Below, one piece after another: positions 1 to 14,284 of a stretch of DNA of 64,000 bases; position 1 is the stretch's first letter, and every line of letters begins with the position of its first letter. Origin of the DNA: Camelus dromedarius (Eukaryota); assembly GCF_036321535.1 (NCBI RefSeq), contig NC_087437.1, forward strand, positions 50,532,001 to 50,596,000, written 5' to 3'. The position numbers and the translations under genes are program-made. The notes under the pieces are model-generated. The model was not told the DNA's origin. It saw nothing but the letters and a program-made list of their open reading frames with translations, and did not search any database.

Positions 1-319
1 AGGCCAAACCTACTTCCTGAACCTCTTACTTTACTTACAGGGAGTGTTCAGTCCCTTTAGGTATTTGTGAACCCTGCTCTAACCGATTACCTTGTATTAT
101 TACAAAATGCTTTCTTCAGTGATCTTTAAAAATGAAATGTAAAGAAAAATTAAGTGTAAAGATAAAATGTAAAGGAACAGATTCCCTCAAAATACTCCAT
201 GATAACTTTCTTGCCAATGTTTCCTAAACTCTTTATAATGGTGCTAGCAGGGTACCACCCCAAATGGAGTTAAACGACACAAGTAAGAAGTAAGAAGCAG
301 CTAAGTATAACTACAAATC

Positions 320-505
320 TGTGGTTCTTGAATTTTAGGAAGTATCAAAGTCTTATCTGGAGACCTTATTGAAACAGACTGCTGGGTCCCATCCTCAGAG
401 TTTCTGATTCAGGAGGTGCAGGGTGGGGCTGAGAGTCTGCATTTCTAAGAGGTTCTCAGCCATTGCCTATTCTGCTGGCCCTGGAGCACTTTTTGACAAC
501 CACTG
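320..505. mobile_element. MER5A-like hAT-Charlie non-autonomous DNA transposon, with further MER5-like fragments to about 790
   Basis: Resembles the MER5A consensus (cagactgctgggtcccatcctcagagtttctgattcag...gtctgcatttctaa...caaccactg), from recall. Confidence 0.7.
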
Positions 506-2769
506 AGGCATGCTACTCAAAATGCAGTCCCTGGGCTAGATGCCTGGGGCCTTTTAGGATTGGAGACTCTCAGGCCCTCTCTCAGCCAGTGTAACCAGGA
601 TCTGCAGGTGGTTTGTGGGAACAGTACATTTTGAGATGCAATGGACTAACTTGTTATCCCCAAACCTTCCTGGTAAAAATCACTGGGGTGCTTGTTAAGT
701 ATGCAGGATACCAGGCCTTTCCCTTAGACATTTTTTCAGAAATCTATTTTTGTCAAGCTCCAAGTGATACTTATCAGGAAAGTTTAGGGAAAATAGGCTA
801 ATGGTGGTATTAATATATCTAAAGACAGAATATGTTTTTAAACACAGGGATGAGCAAATGAAATTTTAAAAATTTGAAAAATGGAAAGTCTCAGGGGAGA
901 AAATTGGTAGCATGTCTTCAACCATTTGGGGCTCTGCAGCCGATGGTATGCGTTCCTTTTGTGGAGAGAGATGCATCAAATTGTCAGCTCCTTTATCATA
1001 CACCGAACTCCTTTTACCTGGGTGCCTGCTTATCAAGAAACCTTGTCATTATAATTTGGCTTCCATGTGTTTTTCACACCAGGCAAAACACACCAGTCAA
1101 ATGAATGTAAGTATTCTGATTTATGACAGGTACATTTCTCACTATGAATCAAGAAATCATCATTAAGGTACTGATATATTTTTCTGTGGGTTCTAGGCGA
1201 TCAAACCATTTTTGTTTAATAACAAAATCAAATTCTTAGCCAAGTGTGTAGGTTATTGTTTGAGGAAGGGACAAACGCTTTTGCCCACAAATATTTCTTA
1301 TGTGTGGATTCCACTGTATAGTTTTTAACTCTTATATACATTCCTTTAAGCAAATGAGATTTTTTTCTGAAAGGAGAATTAAATTAGCAAACAATAGAAG
1401 TGTGCAAAATACACAAGAAATAAACATCTAAAAAAGCAAAGAGTTGATGAGGAAATTGTCTTTTTAATTCTTTCAATTTTTAAAAGTGAAATACTGGACT
1501 TGCTGAGTCTTATCTTTTCCCTTAATCTGTCTTCACAATTCTTGAGGAGGAGAGTAAAAATTTTCCCTTCTGCTTTAAAGACCTAAGCTGTCACTGAATC
1601 TACCTACTAAGTACATTTTTCCAAATATCAAATGTTTCCAAGGTCTTCTCAAGAAATACAAATCTCTGGATTCGCGAACGTCTTTGCTTGCTCCCCTGTA
1701 CATCCACCACCAAATTCCACAGTTTTCATCTGGGAAATTAACAAATTCCTTGTCGTTGTTGAAACACAGTATTTCTATTACAGTTTGAAGTGAATAATCT
1801 TATTCTAGAAATCTTATTCTAGAAATCTGAGGCCATCAGAGGATCGGTGTGTCTGGAGGATGTTTCAATGCTAATCCCCCTTCTGAATAGAACAGTTTTT
1901 ATTTCCAAGGTTCCAATTCCACCTAAAGTTGCACTGAGTTTTTAAAGGTGACTAGGCTGGCCAGTAGCATGACTGTGATCCTCTGGTCAAGTAAGTATGA
2001 GGGTCCAGGTACCACTAAGTCCTCCAGGTTGAGCTGTAAGAGTGAGAAGATACTCAGCCAAGGAGGGAAGGCTTTCAGAAAATGAAAAAGAGGGGAACAA
2101 AAGTTCTGGATGAATAAAATTGCCTTCCTCCATCTGCCTGGCTACTTCGGGAGGCAGATTACATAGTTGGAAAGCAGAGAATTTTGGAATGAAAAGTCTT
2201 GGCTCAGTTTTGGTCCCAAAAACTATGAAAAGTACAATTGTATAAAAGTTACTCAATCTCAGTCCCCTCAAATGAGGATAATAGTGGTGATACCTCTCTT
2301 GGTAACAAAATGTCAGTACATTATAAAATGCTTTATAAATGTGAGTTGTTACTGTAGGTACAGTAACAAGACCTTCAAATATTGGTGTTTTTAGCTTAAT
2401 TTTTCAATAATTTATTATTAGTCTTTAACCTGGCAATTCATTTCTAGGAATAGATCTTAACAGATACAATTGTGTATGTGCAAAATAAGGTACTGGCAAG
2501 TTATTCGGTGTAGCATCTTTTTGTAATACCAAAATGTTGAAAAAAAACCTAGATGTCCACCAATAACAGTCTGGTTGAATAAACTGTCTCCATTTAGTGG
2601 ACAAATGGAATACTGTGCAACTGTGAAACTCCCTATGTATTGTTATGGAAGGATCTCTAACACACTTTACTAAATAAAAAAGCGAAGTGCAGAACTTGAC
2701 TTTTATTATAGAAGGGGGGAAATTAGACTACACAGTTGTATTTGCTTTTGAGTGCATAAACACTGGAAG

Positions 2770-3433
2770 TGTAAGCAGACAGGGTATGGAGTCCCTGGAG
2801 AAAGAGAACTAGGCATGGCTTTCTTGACTTAAGAGAAGCCATTTTTGGCCTAAGCCATTTTGAGATCTAAGCTTGGCAACAATGCTTGCCCTTGAAGAGG
2901 TCTCAGTAATTAATAATCTTAAGGGAAGAAAGGAATGCAGGAACAAAGGAAAAGCAGAAACAAGAGTCAATAGAGCCTTAGATCCTCCTCAGGGGATATA
3001 CATAACAGCTGATATGTATCTTTGAGTTGTTTTGCAGGAATTAAGGCCCCCACCCAGGTGGAGGATGGTAACTATAAGCTAAGAACCAAGACTGGTTGTG
3101 AAGTAAGGAATGATGATGTTGACCTTTTCTGACCCTCATGACTTCAATTAACTATAGCTTGGACTCTGTCCATTGTTCCAAATCTATGCTGAATTCTCTC
3201 TCCAGCCCCTTCATTATTATGCCTACACTGCCCAAACCCCTTCATAAATACGTAGTGTATCCTTAGTTTAAAACTTACCCAGTTTTGCTGTTTGGGGAGA
3301 CACTGCTTTGGGAAAGATCCCCAGTGTTCTCCTTACTAAGTAAGTAATAAATCCTTCCTTCTCCCGCTGTTTGGCTTGGTAGCATCTTTTGGCTCGACAC
3401 CTACCAAGAGGCAGACCCAGTTTTCGGGTAACA
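2770..3433 (+). mobile_element. ERV1-class solo LTR (664 bp) inserted into an old L1 3' fragment
   Basis: TG...CA termini, 4-bp target-site duplication GAAG (2766-2769 and 3434-3437), internal AATAAA at about 3346; the flanks rejoin into L1-like 3' sequence. Confidence 0.85.
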
Positions 3434-5324
3434 GAAGGATACACAGTAAACAAACAATAGTGGTTAACTATTGGCAGGGGTAAGGGGTCTGTGTGGGTGA
3501 GAGATTTCCACTGTATACCTTTTAATATATATGTTTGGATTTTGAACCAGGGGACTATATTACCTATTCCAAATTAATGCTTATTTAAAGGAGACTAATA
3601 TTTACATAGCTAAGGGACAGAAGGTTGATGGCTTATCTTGTGTATAATAGATCTTCAATCATTATTTGACATGTTGTATTAATGTGGAATGACTCCAGAG
3701 CAGGGAAGGTCGAGGGCAGTCATGGATGAGGAGCCTGTTTAGATGGGCACCTCAAAAAAGGGAGCTTGGTGTGGGGCCAAATGAGCAACAGGGGAAAAAA
3801 CTTAGGCGGGTGCCAGTAAAACCATGTGGCTTTTATGATGTAGGTGGTAATGATAAAGGAATAAGTGGGAAGATCAACGAAAAATAAATAAATAACTCTG
3901 AAATAAAAAAAAAAAAGAATAATTGGGAAAGCAGAGAAGTCCCAAACTACCTTTTTTATTGTATTTCTTCATTTTTTCTGGTGGTGGGAGTGGTGTATTT
4001 GGAATGAGTTATTTCAAACCTAATCAAATGGTTTAGCAAAATGCTAAGGAGCAGGGGTGCTAACAGAGAATGATGTTAGCCATCTTAGGAGGGAGGGAGT
4101 TACATCAGGGCTGTGGTTGGAGGTTTAAGGGGGAGTGCTCCCTGTACATGCAGCTCACTGCAGGAGACTGAGCCAGTGAGACATCACAGCGCTCTGATTC
4201 TCTGAGACAAATGTCAGGGTGAGAGGGTAATCACCGATATCAGGCCTATGATCTGGTCAAGAAGGAATTGTGTCCCCAGGGTTATTCACAGCAGGTGGGG
4301 CAGATAGGCAAGACTGTTCCCACCCAGCCTGAGACTTTGAGAGCTGGGGGCAGGGCCTCCCGGGATGCCCCATACTCAGTCTGGTGGAGAAGAACTACTA
4401 ACCCCAAGGCTGCAGCTCCCTGGGGCCAGCCTTCAGGGAGCAGTGTGTCATTAGCAGGAAGGGAGTCACAATCCAAGGCTCCCTCCTCTGAGCCTGGAAC
4501 AAAGAATATGGGGACATCCATCTTCTCCCTTCTCATCACACAGTTTAAATAGCATTTTTCTTCCTGGGTATTTTGAAGCTTAGTGTGAATATCTAGGAGT
4601 GCTTTTTTGAGATCCCCTGATGAAAGGTGCAACGTTAAGTGTGGAGTATTACTATCAACTCTGTAAATATTTTAATGACAATAGCAGAAGTGTCACGTGT
4701 AGGTAGAACATAGAAGCACATTCTGACATCTAATATTCCTAAGAGAACTATTAGAGTGTTAAGAACAGCACATGTGCAAGAGCAGCCAGTCGTTGGAGGG
4801 AAAAAGTGAGTTCAGCTAAGTAAGAGACCTCCCTACTCTGCTCCCCAGCAGAAGTGGTGATGCCCACCCACACTTAAGTCAGACACGAAGGTTTCGCCTC
4901 CAAGCACCAGCTATGCACGTTAGTGACAGCTGATATGGAAAGTGGAATAAACCCAGGCCCAGCCTTTGGGCAAAAGGCGAGCTGCTTCTGGGAGCGTTGC
5001 TGTCCCATTAGCAGGAAGGCTCTGGGACATGCCAATCTGGCAGCCACTGTCGCAGGGGGAGGGGCTGATGGAGGCTTCCCCTGACAGCACCAGTCTGCCT
5101 GGGGTTGACAGGTGCCTGGCTGGCCTTGGAGCAAGCTAGAGCTGAGGGAGGGAGCAAAGAGAGGGGACAGGGTGATGCATGACCAGGCAGAGTTTTTAAC
5201 TACCATGGGACCTCGGAATTTTGCTGGCAAGAATAACCACCTGGGCTCAATTTAGAGCAGTTTCTTAATTGCTTTCAAGCAGTAACTGCAAGTTAGAAAT
5301 TAATAAAAAACTATCAGGTGAACA

Positions 5325-5530
5325 TAAATGTTTCAGGCACAGTGCTAAAGGCAACTTCTATATTTTCTCATTTAATCTTCATGACAAAGCTGCGAGGTAG
5401 TGCTACTACCCCCACTCACAGATAGAACTCAGAGACGTTAAACCACACGCCCGAGACCCTGCAGTAAGTGGCAAGGGTCAGGACCTGAATGCAAGAATTT
5501 TAACTCCGAAACTGTTTTGACTACAGTGCT
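5325..5530 (-). mobile_element. MIR SINE
   Basis: MIR core-like sequence (tctcatttaatcttcatgacaa...gaggtag...aactcagagacgttaa). Confidence 0.65.
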
Positions 5531-7034
5531 ATGTGGCTTCCTCAATGATTACACAGCAACCATCAGGGCTCTTAAATGTTGTTGTTTTCTTGGTTATTAT
5601 AGTCCTAAACATACTGCATCCAGAATGCTATTGTCAAAGATAAGGCAGCAAACAGCTTTCTTCCAACTATAAGACTCAGGTTTTGATCCATGCCTATAAA
5701 TGTATCTTCTCCAAAAGAAGAGCTACTTTTAAGTCAAGGAGATGTGTCCCGAGGTCTGACTTCCATACCCGGAGCACCTAGGACAGGATTCCATATTTGG
5801 TGCCTCTTTTGAACTCACTGTCTCCAGTTCCTCTCCACTTTCCAATCTATTTCAGACCGTGGACAGAAATAACTGAAAAACTTGTCTGTCTGAAAACCTC
5901 CAGGGCTCCCAACTGCCTCCAGAATAAAGTCCTTCCCACTGCCAGGCAGCTACTCCCCAGCCCCTCTGGGCCACGCGCCCTGGGGTCCAGCCTCTGCTGG
6001 ATCACCCTGTGCCCCGAACAGTGTGCACTTTCACACCTCGCTGTTATTATTAGCCCTTGCTAGTCCCTCTCCCTGCAATGGCCTTGTTTTACCTTCCTTC
6101 TCCATCTGGCAAATGGCTACCCTCCAAAGCCCAGTTCAAATGTCACTGCCACTCCCTCAGCTTCCTGCCCCACAGCAGAATTTATTGCTCCACTCACTTG
6201 ACCACCCCCCAAACCCAGGGCACCTAGTGCCCAAGCATATTATGCTACTTACCAGCAATTATATTACATTTTTCTATATAGCTGGATCGTTTCCCATTAG
6301 TTGAGGCAAAGGCAAAAACCATTTCTTACCACCTTTGTTTCCAAAGGCCCTGGTATACAGCAGATGCCCTGTTTTAGAAGAAACAGATGCAGTCATGTGC
6401 AGAGAACTTTGCTCACACAGTACCACATTCAGCAATGATCTCAAAGAATTCCAATATGTGGGTAATTGGGATAGTTGGCTTCAAATTCCTTCTCTACACA
6501 TTATGATCAACACAGCCCCTAACAATGGAATTAAGAGAATATCCTGTTTCCCTGAAAGATATGGAAGCGGGCATACAGCAACCCCAAATTTCCATCAAGG
6601 CACCTCTGCTTTTTCCTCTTGTCTACAGAGGAGGTTCTTTTCAGGCAGGGGAAATGGCTCTGTTGATAAAACTGTAGATAAAAGCACTGGTTTAGATGGG
6701 CCCCTCCTTTATCACCTCCTGCCTAAATAGCTGTTAAGAACCTCTTCCTAACTGGTTTTCTAGCCTCTTGCCTCTTTCCTCCTCCATCCAACTCACGTAT
6801 TACTGCCAGATGAAATTTTCTAAAATATTACTTGAATCATATGTAATATATGTTATAAAACATAATTGTATAATAAATATGACCAACCAAACATCCAGCC
6901 CCTACACTAGCACATTAACAGTAGCTTGTTCTACCCGCACACACTTCACATATGTCAACCCCTGGCCTAATACCTGGAGCTAATCACTGTCTTTAAGGTT
7001 TTTATTCTATTTTTTAAAGAAAATAGTTTTATTA

Positions 7035-7278
7035 AAGGGGAAAAGGAGGGAGGAAGGATAAGTAAATTAGGAATATGGGATTAACAGATACAAGCCACTA
7101 TACATAAAATAGATAAGCAACAAGGAATTACTATATAGCACAGGAAACTATAGTCAGTATCTTGTAATAACCTACAATGGAAAATAATCTAAAATATATA
7201 TCACTGAATCACTTTGTTGTATACCTGAAACTAACACAATACTGTAGATCAACTATACTACAATTTAAAAATATATAT
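7035..7278 (+). mobile_element. 5'-truncated L1 3' end inserted into an older antisense L1 fragment (about 6870-7630)
   Basis: Artiodactyl-type L1 3'UTR (ataaaatagataagcaacaagga...tatagcacagg...aactatact); 12-bp TSD ATAGTTTTATTA at 7023-7034 and 7279-7290. Confidence 0.8.
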
Positions 7279-8859
7279 ATAGTTTTATTATATATATGAA
7301 CATAGTTGATTTTGCAAGTCTATATAGCACCCTATGTGTGTATCTCCTGGTACATGCTATTTCACTCAGTATTGTGAATCCAAGATTCACCCATGTGTAT
7401 GCTCTTAACTTGTTTATTTTGTTGTTACATAGTATTCCACTGTGTGCCATACCACAGTTATTTACTCCTTCTCCTGCCAACCAACTCGGATTGTTTTCAG
7501 TGTTTTGCTATTACGGGTAATGTGGCTAAGAACATTCTTGGTGCACAAGTGCACTTGTGCATTTCTAGAACTGGGATGTAAGGTCATAGGGTATGCAAAT
7601 GTTCAAACCTGTAAAAAATGGCAAAGTTTCTTAAGGAGCTCTATTAGCCAGATAAATTTTTCCAAAATCATTGCTTTCCTTACTAAAATATAATTTAATG
7701 TAACCACTACTTGCAAGATAAAATCCAGACCTGCAATTCAATGTCAGTTACAATCTGGCCCCATCCTAAATTTCTTACCTTTTTATTGCTTACTCCTTCC
7801 CCACCAAGCACCTCCCACCCTTGCTGAGCAGATCTGCTCTGGAATATAGACTACAACTTGCTCATTTTCAGCTGCGTAGCCCTGCTCCTTCCTTTCTAGT
7901 CTACAACTCCCACCCCACCCCCCACTACTGTCTCTGGGTTCTCCTTCCTTTATGAAACCTACCCTGAGCACACCTGCCCAAAGAACTCTCTTCCCATCCC
8001 AGCTCCTAAAATACCTGTTTTGCCCAGTCATATGACATTAGTCTTCAATCCCACCTACATCGTAGGATATTGCATACTGCCTTGTTGGAAAAATAGATGT
8101 TCTAACTAATCTGTGTAATCAGATTTACTTGAGAACTCAGCATTTCCAAATTTAGTATTTGGTACCTTTCTCACCACTCTGTTGACAATGGACTTGTTTA
8201 ATTTTGGATTTGATTGTTTTCCCATATAACTTTTGACATGGTTGTCTTATTTTTCCAATTAAATCATTGGCATCTTAAAGTACAGAGACCATATGTTTAT
8301 ATTTCTCTATATTCTCCACAACATTTAACACAGTCTCATGTGTGCAGCAAGAACTCAATTCAAATATTTAACACTTCAGTGGATACCTGAAAATGCAGGG
8401 CGCTGTAAATGTGTTTCTAGAAAAAATATGTACTAGTATATAATATATAATTTAAATATTATATGTATATAAAATATATGTACACAAAAGCAAGTGTGTG
8501 TGCATATATATTTGTACAAGCTTAGAAAGAACAATAAAGGCAGAGGTAGTCTAGATTGAAACTTTCCAGTCACAAAAACAAACAAATAACATCCCTGTCT
8601 TTAAACTGCCTAAGAAGTTGCCTAAACTCTTTAGCAAAAACCAATCCTTGGTTGAGTTTAGCACTATGACATCTGTCTCTGAAATATGTTATTGTCCATT
8701 TTTGTCATGACTGCAAATGAGAAATAATTTAGTTAAATCTCCTTTCCCCTTTCAGTCATTCTCTTTTGACCAAGTTGCTGCCCACCTTCCTAAATAAACT
8801 AAATTGTATAAAATTTGAGACAGAAACAAACCATATTAGCTTCCAATAAAAAAGTACAG

Positions 8860-8899
8860 TTTAATCTTATTAATATAAAATATTTTGAGATAATTTATT
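8860..8899 (-). terminator. Candidate MCCC1 polyadenylation signals: AATAAA (8899-8894) and ATTAAA (8865-8860)
   Basis: Hexamers about 170-200 nt after the stop codon, followed on the minus strand by U/GU-rich sequence (TTTTTTATTGG...GGTTTGTTTC). Confidence 0.6.
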
Positions 8900-9064
8900 G
8901 TATTTGTGACCCAAGTGCATGATTTTTAAATATGAAACAGTTTTCAGCACAGTCATACAATCATTTAGTAAAGGTGCTGGTCTTTAGACCCAGAGAAAAG
9001 CAGGAAGGCACTTTCTCTTTTTGGTGTAGAGATACTGCTTAATTGGCCGTTTCTTTGATGGAGT

Positions 9065-9193
9065 TTATTCTGCTTCCCTTTTGTCAGATTCTTCCTCCTC
9101 AAACTCGACTAAAGGAACGTGTCTGTTGGCCTGAGAACCTTCTCTGTAGAGCACTTTCTTGATGGTGCCCTCCTTTGGCGCCTTCACGGTATG
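9065..9193 (-). CDS. MCCC1: MCCC1 exon 19 coding part ([42 protein letters not shown])
   Basis: Within ORF 9065..9265; CTGCAG acceptor; TAA stop at 9067-9065. Confidence 0.97.
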   Translation of the reverse strand, partial: HTVKAPKEGTIKKVLYREGSQANRHVPLVEFEEEESDKREAE

Positions 9194-9959
9194 CTGCAGA
9201 GACACAAGGCGTGACAACAGCTGTGATGCCAGTGAGGACTGAGCACGTGCCTCGTCAAAAAACACAGAAAGTGAAAAATGAAGTCAATTGTTCTGATGTT
9301 TTGTCACCGATCAGCGCTTCCAAAACTTTCCCATACCACGCACACAGAGAAAATAACATTTTTATGGTGGGCTTGGGAGTTGAGAGGAGTCACTACCTTG
9401 ATACACCTGTCACTTTCAAGGCCAGTCATTGGGAAGCTCTAGTTTAGCTAGTAATTCTCAGCTCAAGCGTCACAGTAGTATCTCACCTGGGAAGCTTTTA
9501 AAACTATTGGTCATTGGGCTCCCCACTAGGAGATTCCATTCCAACTGATCTGGGGAAATAAATCTTTTTTAAAAGTTCCCTAAGTGCAATACGTGACCAG
9601 GGCTGAGAACTACTGGCCTACAATTTCTAGCCATCTAAAAACCTAAACAGCTGATTCAATTTGATCGAGGTTTTCACTTTGATACTGATGCTTGGCATCC
9701 TTAGTTTGGCTTTGAAAATATCAATAAATTAACATTTAATTGGGTTACTGCCTGAATCTAAGCTATTGATAATTTCAGAATCAGAAACGACAGGTATGAG
9801 CTCACAAAATTAAAATGAAAATTTATTTAAGAGATGGATGGTTTTGTTTTGTTTCCTGCAGTTAATGCTTCATCAGCCCATGGCTCTTAATATTTAAAAT
9901 GGTCTTAACTTACAAAATAAGGCAAAAGAATGATTAGGAATGAAAGCTCCCAAAGTTTA

Positions 9960-10061
<102 letters not shown>

Positions 10062-10379
10062 CTAGAGATTAAGACAGGCTAATATTTAAAAACATAGAGG
10101 TCCTTTGTGGTATAGAGTTGGAATACAAACGTACACAGCAGAAGTCTATGTGGTTGTCTTGTCTGACAAATACAAACACACTGGCACAAATCAGAGACCC
10201 ACAGGTCAGCCTGGCATTGTGGGCACTGTCGTCAGTGGGGGGCACTCCTCAGCTCCCCACCCCACCCCCTAATCCATCTAGTTTTCCTTGAATCAGATGA
10301 ATACACTTTATGTATTTTGAGATCCTTCTGTCTTTCCATAAATGTGCAGACAAGACACACAACCAACAGGGAAGGACTA

Positions 10380-10835
10380 CAGGCATACCTCGTTTTATAG
10401 CTCTTCATTTTATTGTGCTTTGCAGATATTGCTCCCTCCCTCACCCTACCCCCAAATTAAAGATTTGTGCCAACTCTGCCTGGAGCAAGTTTATGGGCGA
10501 CATTCTTCAAACAGCATTTGTTCACTTTGTGTCTGTGTCACATTTTGGTAATTCTCGTGATATCTCAAACCCTCTGCCAACAAAAAGGTTATGACTCATT
10601 GATGGTGCAGATGACGTTAGCATTTTTTCAGACATAATGCTACTGCACACAGTGAAAATAACATTTTATGGTGTGCTTGGGGGTTGAGAGGAGTCACTAT
10701 CTTCATACACCAGTCACTCATTCAATATAGTGTAAACATAACTTTTATATGCACTGGAAAACTAAAAAATTTGTGTGACTCACTTTACTGCGGTAGTCTG
10801 GAGCTGAACCTGCAGTATCTCTTGAGATATGTCTA
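10380..10835 (+). mobile_element. Internally deleted Tigger1-derived DNA transposon
   Basis: Termini CAGGCATACCTCG...GAGATATGTCTA flanked by TA; 5' and 3' parts match the recalled Tigger1 ends. Confidence 0.85.
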
Positions 10836-11910
10836 TACTATCCTTAAATGTTTTCACGACAGGCAGGGTCTTGCCTGGTTTTCCAGTTTTTAGGTTGTAT
10901 AGGATAGTGTTTCAAGTCTTCAGGATCTTGTGTGGTAAATGTATAAACAATCTTCATGTGGCAAAATTCAACTTACTGGCGACCCAGAAAAATACCTTTA
11001 TTTTCCTTTTTTCAGGTATAAATGAACTCACATATCCCACACTGTTTCACTGTTTTCTTGGTTAACATGGTTATCAGGTAGTTTTTAGAAACGTCACACA
11101 ATAGAGTTAGGTTCTAAAGTCAACGTGTATAGCCAAAGTTGTGAAAAATGAGAAACAGCCAGCAAGTCCCACAATCACTCAACACTGGGTGATGTTTATT
11201 AGTAGCATTTGATTAAATCAATGGTCTGAAAAGTGCCTTTAAACGTAAACCCTGTGCACACCCTGGGCAGGGATTACCAGAGGCCTGTGGGAACTGAGAC
11301 TGAATGAGCAAAAGGCAGATCCGAGTCCCCAAGTCCACTGTCACCTTTGGGGGCACACACCTCCAGAGGGGAATGGTGGGTGAAATCACTCACACTATTT
11401 AAATGGTTGCTTTCTTCTTCTTTTATTTGTTGGTACCAAGAATATACAGTTGAATTTTTATGACTTAAATGCATTTGAGGGGACTCTACTGTGTTCAAGG
11501 ATATAAAAGGAGACTACTGATCTATCATCACTGAAGTTACATCAGTATGGACCTCAACTCTGAACATGTACTGCATCCAACACCGAACTACACTGTTCTT
11601 CACCAATACCTTTTATGTTTTGGATAATGCTTGGTGAATGTTCCACTGTAACCATAAAAAGACAACTTGTACTTTGATGAAAATTCCCACTTCAAAGAAC
11701 AGTCTTTATCATAAATTAGGTAAATTGTATTTTCATTAAAGTTCAACTGTAATATAGAACTGGAATCTATAAAAATCCTCTTGTTTTCTTGAAATGGATG
11801 CTTTCCAGTGAGCAAGACTTAGAAAGAGGGGAAAAGGGTACACAAACAAAGTTCAACAAAGACATTTATCAGGCCTTCCTGCATCGTTCCACATACATTC
11901 ACGTCATTAC

Positions 11911-12018
11911 CTTTTCAATGGTTCCAGTCATAGGAGCTATGGCACCTCCCTGTGTTCCTTCTGAGCTCACTGAAGACAAGTATTTGGGGACTGGAATGCC
12001 AATCTGAGTATTTCCATC
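11911..12018 (-). CDS. MCCC1: MCCC1 exon 17 ([36 protein letters not shown])
   Basis: APMTG start of the biotinyl domain; TAG acceptor, AAG|GTAATG donor; 108 nt. Confidence 0.96.
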
Positions 12019-12852
12019 CTATACAGAGAAATGATATTTATAGGATATATATTTATATAATATAAACTGGAAATTAAATCAAGATCTTATCACTGCAGCT
12101 TTAGTAATATACCTGAGGTAATGATTGCTTTGCTTTTTTTAAAACACTTTTATTGTGGTATGGTTTCCGTAAACTACACATATTCCAGACATGTACTTTG
12201 ATGAATTTTGATAGATGTACACATGATTGTTTTCCAAGCTATGTTAAATATTAGTCACCTTTAATACCAGGGTTCTAACCTAGCTTTGTGACCCTAAGCA
12301 AATTACTAAACCCCTCTCAGTCTTCGTCTCCTATTATAAAGAAATAACAGCATACAAGCCTCACAGGGGATTAAAATAATTAATCACTGTTGGTAAAAGA
12401 CAGGCACTGTCTGGAAGCCATTTTTAGCAGTATCCCCACTATCAAGTGCTTAGTCTAAGCCAGGAACTGTTCTTAACAATTATACATATATTACGTCATT
12501 GATTGTCACAACAACCTTATGAGGTAGGTACCGTTAGTGTTCAGGCACCAATCCCTGAGAGAACACTGCTCCCCGAGCAGGGAGATATGCTGTGACAAGA
12601 GGGTTAGGGTATTTGAGGATTAAAGGAAGAAAGTATGTGTCTGTCAGTGAGAATATGTGAGAACAAAAGGGATGAATGGAGAACTAGAGAAGGCGGGAAT
12701 GTGACAAAGAAACAGTGAAAGGGAAATAGAGAAAATGTCACAGCAGTGAGCGAAGGAAGCAGGATCTTTCTAATAATAACTCAGTGGAATGCCTTTGGCC
12801 AAGCAACTTTCTCTCAAACTCCAATAGTGTTATTATAAAGAAGAGACACTAC

Positions 12853-12990
12853 CATGGAAAATAGGTAAATAGTGTTGTCCAGGATAATTAGCTTAGTTTT
12901 ACTGGCAACTCCATTAACAGAAGATTTCAGGTACGTGCAGTCTCCCTCGCTGTAAAGATCACCAAGGACATGGAAAGTTTTATCTTCAAT
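12853..12990 (-). CDS. MCCC1: MCCC1 exon 16 ([46 protein letters not shown])
   Basis: Within ORF 12814..13029; TTTTTTTCAG acceptor, ATG|GTAGTG donor; 138 nt. Confidence 0.96.
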
Positions 12991-14284
12991 CTGAAAAAAA
13001 CAGAAAAGTAAGATCCTTAAAATAAACAAACAATCCTATAGAACTAAAATCAAAATCAATTCTTTACTAGTAATAGTTTCAAAAGGTAGTAGGTAAAAAA
13101 AATTTTTTAAGTTATGTAGGAAATTTCCCCCTAAGATTCATAAACAAAATGCTCTAGAAAGAAACAGCAGTTAAGATAATTAAAAGAAAAAAGTGGTTAT
13201 ACATCTACAGCACCATAATGCAACAGACAGAGGTTCACTTAAGAATAGCAGTAAAAAAGGAAAAAAGAAATACAAATCAAAGTAAGCAAAATTATTAAAA
13301 TTCAGTTGAGTATATGTTAATACTCATTTCTGAGTACCCAAAGTCAAATTTAGTTTTACTGTGTCAAAGTCAATAATGAAAAAAGCCAGAAGCACATAAT
13401 TAGATAGATTTCTTTTATCTCACCAACATGTAGATCCAATTTATGGGTTACAGTCACGATTTAAGAAGATAAATTAGCTGAAGATTGACCACAATTTTCT
13501 TACTCTAAGACAGAGTACTGAAGAACAGATTTCACACTTAATCTTTCAAAATAGCTGACAAAAGGACATGAAACTTTTCTGTTTTAAAGGATGTTTTCTT
13601 ACATATACACCCAAGAAAAAAAATTTCCCTTACACACAGAAAACCCATTGAAATCTTCTCTATTTTTCACCTCAATTCCCATGTCAGTGTCAGAGTCCTG
13701 CGGCTATTCTTTTCAAATATATTATGTAGGCTAAAGTGAAACAGGTCACACTGCAGTATTTATACATTGGTTTTCACCTATCTATCCTAAGTTAAATATG
13801 ACATTTTACTCTGCTTTGTAACCTACTAAAACAGCCACTTGAATGTTTGTGGGATTCTCAGGACATAAAGGTTAGTTTGGGAACAGTTTTGTTTAATGAT
13901 TCACAAAAGCACATTCTAAATTTGTGAATGTAGTTTCATGAGCAGATGAGAAGAAATTTGCAATTTACTTTATCATTTACCAAGGGATAAGAAGGGGTCC
14001 CTAAACTAGAGGTACCAAAAGAACTGCAGCTCTCATATACTAAAGGAGGTAGATGTTCCATCATTTTTCTGAATCTCAGAGAAAAAAAACCAATGTGTCT
14101 CAAAGTGTTGGGGGATCTAAAGTGCATTACTGATAAATTTGTTTTGCAGGATTTGAAATTTCTTACCTCATACTAAAAATGATTTATTTTAGTCTCTGAA
14201 TTTGTACTTACTATAGGAATTTAGTTGGGTTCTCACATTGCTTTTTAACCCTTTTGGCATTTTTTAAAAAAACTCATACATGTA

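Noticed and set aside
1796..1828. 14-bp tandem duplication AATCTTATTCTAGA, and similar short repeats near 26550, 35637 and 57325
   Set aside because: Ordinary slippage-type micro-duplications with no spacer array structure; not CRISPR-like.
4268..5230. GC-richer region with ORFs of 94-118 aa on both strands
   Set aside because: No recognisable domain, overlapping antisense ORFs and no coherent exon structure; consistent with chance ORFs or decayed repeat.
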